Below are positions 60,248 to 64,000 of a stretch of 64,000 nt of DNA, piece by piece. Origin of the DNA: Lingula anatina (Eukaryota; Animalia; Brachiopoda); assembly GCA_051362555.1 (NCBI GenBank), contig CM120641.1:7254001-7318000 (forward strand). The letters run 5' to 3'. A model generated the notes under the pieces. It ran no database searches, was not told the DNA's origin, and saw only the letters and a program-made list of their open reading frames with translations. Position numbers and translations under genes: made by a program. Every line of letters begins with the position of its first letter. The stretch's first letter is position 1.

Positions 60248-63200
60248 TTACTCCAAGTCATCCTCCATCATCTCTCCCTGACTGGCACTTTGATTCAGCC
60301 GCTGAAAAACATACATATCATTAAGAGGAATTAGGAAATTTATCTTTCTTTCTAAAAAAAATGACAAATTATGACTCCAAAGCTTGATCCATTTTAGTGA
60401 GTAAACAAGGAAAACTTGAGAGGTAAAAGCTTCATATCAAAATTGATTAATTAACATGTTTTTTGTCAAAGATAATACAAAAATTGAATCAAAAGCAACA
60501 GATGTGTGCCAATCAATTAAAACAATAAGAACTTGGGGAAGGGATTATCACAAGTTCATCAGAATACCTCCATCTCTTTATAGTACAAGCAAATGGGGTT
60601 AAAAAAACTGTGAATAGTACACACACATCACATTACAAAAAGAAAAAAAGGGTGGTAAAACAGCATGAAAATCAACCTACCACACTTGCTTCTGGAAGCT
60701 TCTGTAAAATCATTTGTATCACTTGTGGGGGTAATGTTTGCTGCAGTACTTGTAGCAGTTGCTGAGGCTGCCCACATACCACCACAGCATTACTGAGATG
60801 TTCTACTGCACCCTCAAGATCACCTAAAACACAACAAGGCAGCAAAGCTGTCAAATGTACAGACAAAAAGCAGGAAATAACAAAAAAGGCTACTGTCAAT
60901 TCTGATGCAAAAGTACATTTTGTTAAACTGCAAATTCAACATCAAATTTTAATTATGCTCAACAGGTAAAATACATCTGTGTCTGTACATAAAAACGGCA
61001 TTTCTTTAAAATAATGGCCCGATTATGCTGATTTTTTAACTCAACCTGCGATTTAGCAGGAATGACCACTCCTGTGAGTTTAATGACAATTGGCCTATAT
61101 GTTTTTCTTATATTGTGTTTACAGTGTTGCATATATGCTGAAAAGTGAAAAAAAAAGCATAACTACTAAAATAGTGGCCCGATCATGCCGATTTTTGAAC
61201 TTGACCTGCGTTTTAGTAAGATCAATTACTCTGCATTTTAGTCCTGTATTTCTTTTTGAAAGTTTGACAATCATAAGTAACATGGTTTTCCCATAATGGT
61301 CATCTTGGCAGCAGCACCCAAAATTGTGTTTTCTTCTATTCTGATGCAATATTACATAATGGTTAACAGCAAAATGACCGTTAATTTTTAATAATAAAAT
61401 ACACGTATCATGGATTTTCAGAAAATGTGACTAGCATGGGTCTTCAAGCCCGTGGAACATGCCGATTTTCGAACTTGACCTGTGTTATAGTAAGATCAAT
61501 TACTCCTGTGATTTTCATGACAACAGGCCTAACGGTTTTCCTTAAAATGTGTTTACAGTGTTGGATATATGCTGAAAAGTGAAAAAACAGCATAACTTCT
61601 ACAATAATGGCCCGATCATGCTGATTTTTTAACTTGACCTGCGTTTTATGAATATTCATCAGCTCTGTAAATATACAGCCAAAAAGTAAAACTGCCTTCC
61701 ACTTATCATGTTTACAATGAAAGTGCACGGTGTCGGCACCGGCGACGACGGCGACGACAGACGCAGGTGATGGCAATATGTACAGACACATCTGTACATA
61801 TTTACTGTACTGTTTGAGAACAGTAAGTGACATGGTTTTTCTTAAATGGTCATCATGGGAGCAGTGCCCAAAATGTTTTTTTTTCAAATTTTGATGCAAT
61901 ATTACATAATGTTTAACAGCATAATGACCATCAATTTTTAATAATAAAATATTAGTATCATGGATATTCAGAAAATGTGACTAGCAAAGGTCTTCAGGCC
62001 CATGGAACTTCAAAGTTACAACTTGAAAATGCCAGAATGTAAACAAGACAGCACTGTTCTGAAATGTTTTTTTTTTTTCCATTTTTAACACTTTTTTTAA
62101 CATAAAACAAAATTAACAGGTTACTGCCATTTTTATACGATCAACTAAGAAAATTGATGAGATGGGAAAAATATCAATACAACAGTGTTAAATGTCCAAT
62201 TTCCTCCATTCTGAGATTCTGAACATAGTGAATGATTGAATCTGACAAACTGCAATGATATGAGTTTATTTCCATTTTGGAAACTTTATTACACAATACA
62301 CGATAACAAGTTTACCATCATTTTTACATAATCAACTAACAATGTTGTAAAGATGCAGGAAATGTCAAACAAACACTTTTACGTATCTTATTAGTTCATT
62401 AATGAGACTGTTAACATGCCTAACAGTTGAATCTGAGGAAATTTGAAAAAACAGCATAACTTCTAAAATAATGGCCCGATTATGCTGATTTTCGAACTCA
62501 ACCTGCGTTTTAGTAAGATTGACCACTCTTGTGAGTTAAATGACAATTGGCCTATCTGTTTTTCTTATATTGTGTTTACAGTGTTGTATATATGCTGAAA
62601 AATGAAAAAACAGCATAACTACTAAAATAGTGGCCCGATCATGCCGATTTTCGAACTTGACCTGCGTTTTAGTAAGATTGATTACTCCTGTGAGTTTCAT
62701 GACAACAGGCCTAATGGTTTTCCTTAAAATGTGTTTACAGGGTTGCATATATGCTGAAAAGTGAAAAAACAGCATAACTTCTACAATAATGGCCCGATCA
62801 TGCTGGTTTTCGAACTTGACCTGCGTTTTATGAATATTCATCAGCTCTGTAAATATTAAGCCAAAAAGTAAAACTGCCCTCCACTTATCGTGTTTACAAG
62901 GAAAGTGCACGGCGCCGGCATCGGCATCGGCAACGGCGACGGCGACGACAGACGCAGGTGATGGCAATATGTACAGACACATCTGTGTCTGTACATAAAA
63001 ATTAAAACTATCACTATATGTGATTAATACCCCTGGATGAGTTGAATGTTTCTTTGTCTGAGGGCATTTTAATAGACACATGTCTAATACTTGTCTTATC
63101 TATACTTCTGTGTGACCAAGAGTATGGTAAAATGGGAATCATCCAAGTTATCCCAAAGCCTCCCAACCTACCATAATATCAAGTAAGATTCAGAGAAAAG

Positions 63201-63989
63201 TGAAATCGGAAGGGATGGCAGACTAGCAGATGTGGTGCAGCAATGAATAAATGCTGACACAATTTATTCACTGATATTTTTCTGCTTTTTTTTGTTCATG
63301 ACCTGTCAATTTTCAAACTTATATACAACAGTATAAATTCACCAAGTTTAAGGTGTCACATTTGTGTTGCTTTCTAAAAAGAATTTTATTGCTAAAAAGT
63401 TTATCCCTTGTCACACAGATCCTCAAAAGTTTTGTTAGTCTTGACTTAGGCTGTCATAGATGATTCCCTTTATTTCTTGCTTTGTTAAGATCATATATTT
63501 GTTAATGTGAACTCCATAACCTTCAAAAGTACATCAATGCAAATCAATCATCAATCAATACAGTACAACGTGTTGTACTCCTTTAAAACACTAGTTTCAA
63601 TAACTGACATTGTAAAAAAAAAAGGGTAAAATTTCATTTGCCCTGTAGTGACATACCCTGTGCCAACAGTTCTTCTCCTACTTGCACTTCCTGGATAAAA
63701 AATTTGTTCCTGTCAGCTGGACTCTCTAAATCTGGAATCTGACATAAAAATATGACAGGATTAATATCAAATAATGGCTAATTCTAATAACTGTTCATCA
63801 TAATATTCTATAATTTTTGAAAAAAAGGGTAATGTTGAACATCAAAGCAAAATAGGCATCAGTAAATATAAACCAGATGATGACAGCCATTATAATACGC
63901 ATTCGATTAATGCATTAAAAATTGCATAGTTTTCTTTCTTACTGGTCCTCTGGCCTTCTTTGATGCTTTTTCCTTGTTCTTTTTTCGTC
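60248..63989 (-). CDS. TOMM20: Mitochondrial import receptor Tom20, last four exons (5' end outside window)
   Basis: Exons 63989-63943 (RKKNKEKASKKARGP), 63738-63657 (IPDLESPADRNKFFIQEVQVGEELLAQG), 60823-60681 (DLEGAVEHLSNAVVVCGQPQQLLQVLQQTLPPQV), 60301-60248 (ending MMEDDLE*). Confidence 0.95.
60975..63000. repeat. Complex repeat array in the TOMM20 intron (Helitron/Helentron-like core repeats)
   Basis: Multiple ~120-180-bp units containing AATGGCCCGATCATGC and GAACTTGACCTGCGTTTT. Two blocks end in ACGGCGACGACAGACGCAGGTGATGGCAATAT (~61750, ~62940). Segment 61250-61450 is repeated at 61810-62000. Confidence 0.75.
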
Positions 63990-64000
63990 CTGAAATATGA

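Noticed and set aside
61090-63081. 151- and 181-aa ORFs with repeated peptides
   Set aside because: Translations of the repeat array in the TOMM20 intron.

Overview
AT-rich, intron-rich animal genomic DNA; the repeat families and gene content suggest a marine invertebrate such as a mollusc (inference). Genes were assembled by hand from splice sites. (1) Gephyrin is on the minus strand: ATG at 19461, 14 coding exons traced to 4923, 3' end outside the window. (2) Head-to-head with it are three tandem two-pore channel TPC3-type genes on the plus strand: a canonical copy (20000-29956) and two derived, closely related duplicates (~32553-45965 and ~48472-59078). (3) The 3' part of TOMM20 is on the minus strand (60248-63989). 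Most striking, two large exons (13762-12841 and 12524-11650) lie in the gephyrin intron that separates the G domain from the linker/E domain. They splice in frame to the G domain and would encode a ~785-aa isoform with the E domain replaced by NLS-like segments, a Cys/His Zn-finger-like module, an HTH-like segment and a Q/T/V-rich tail. This is a candidate gephyrin-derived nuclear or DNA-binding protein. Also notable: a U12 intron that is AT-AC in TPC3 copy 1 but GT-AG in copies 2 and 3, a GC donor in copy 2, and derived phosphoinositide-site, kinase-site and PDZ-motif features in the duplicated channels. Many MITEs and non-autonomous elements are present, some nested.
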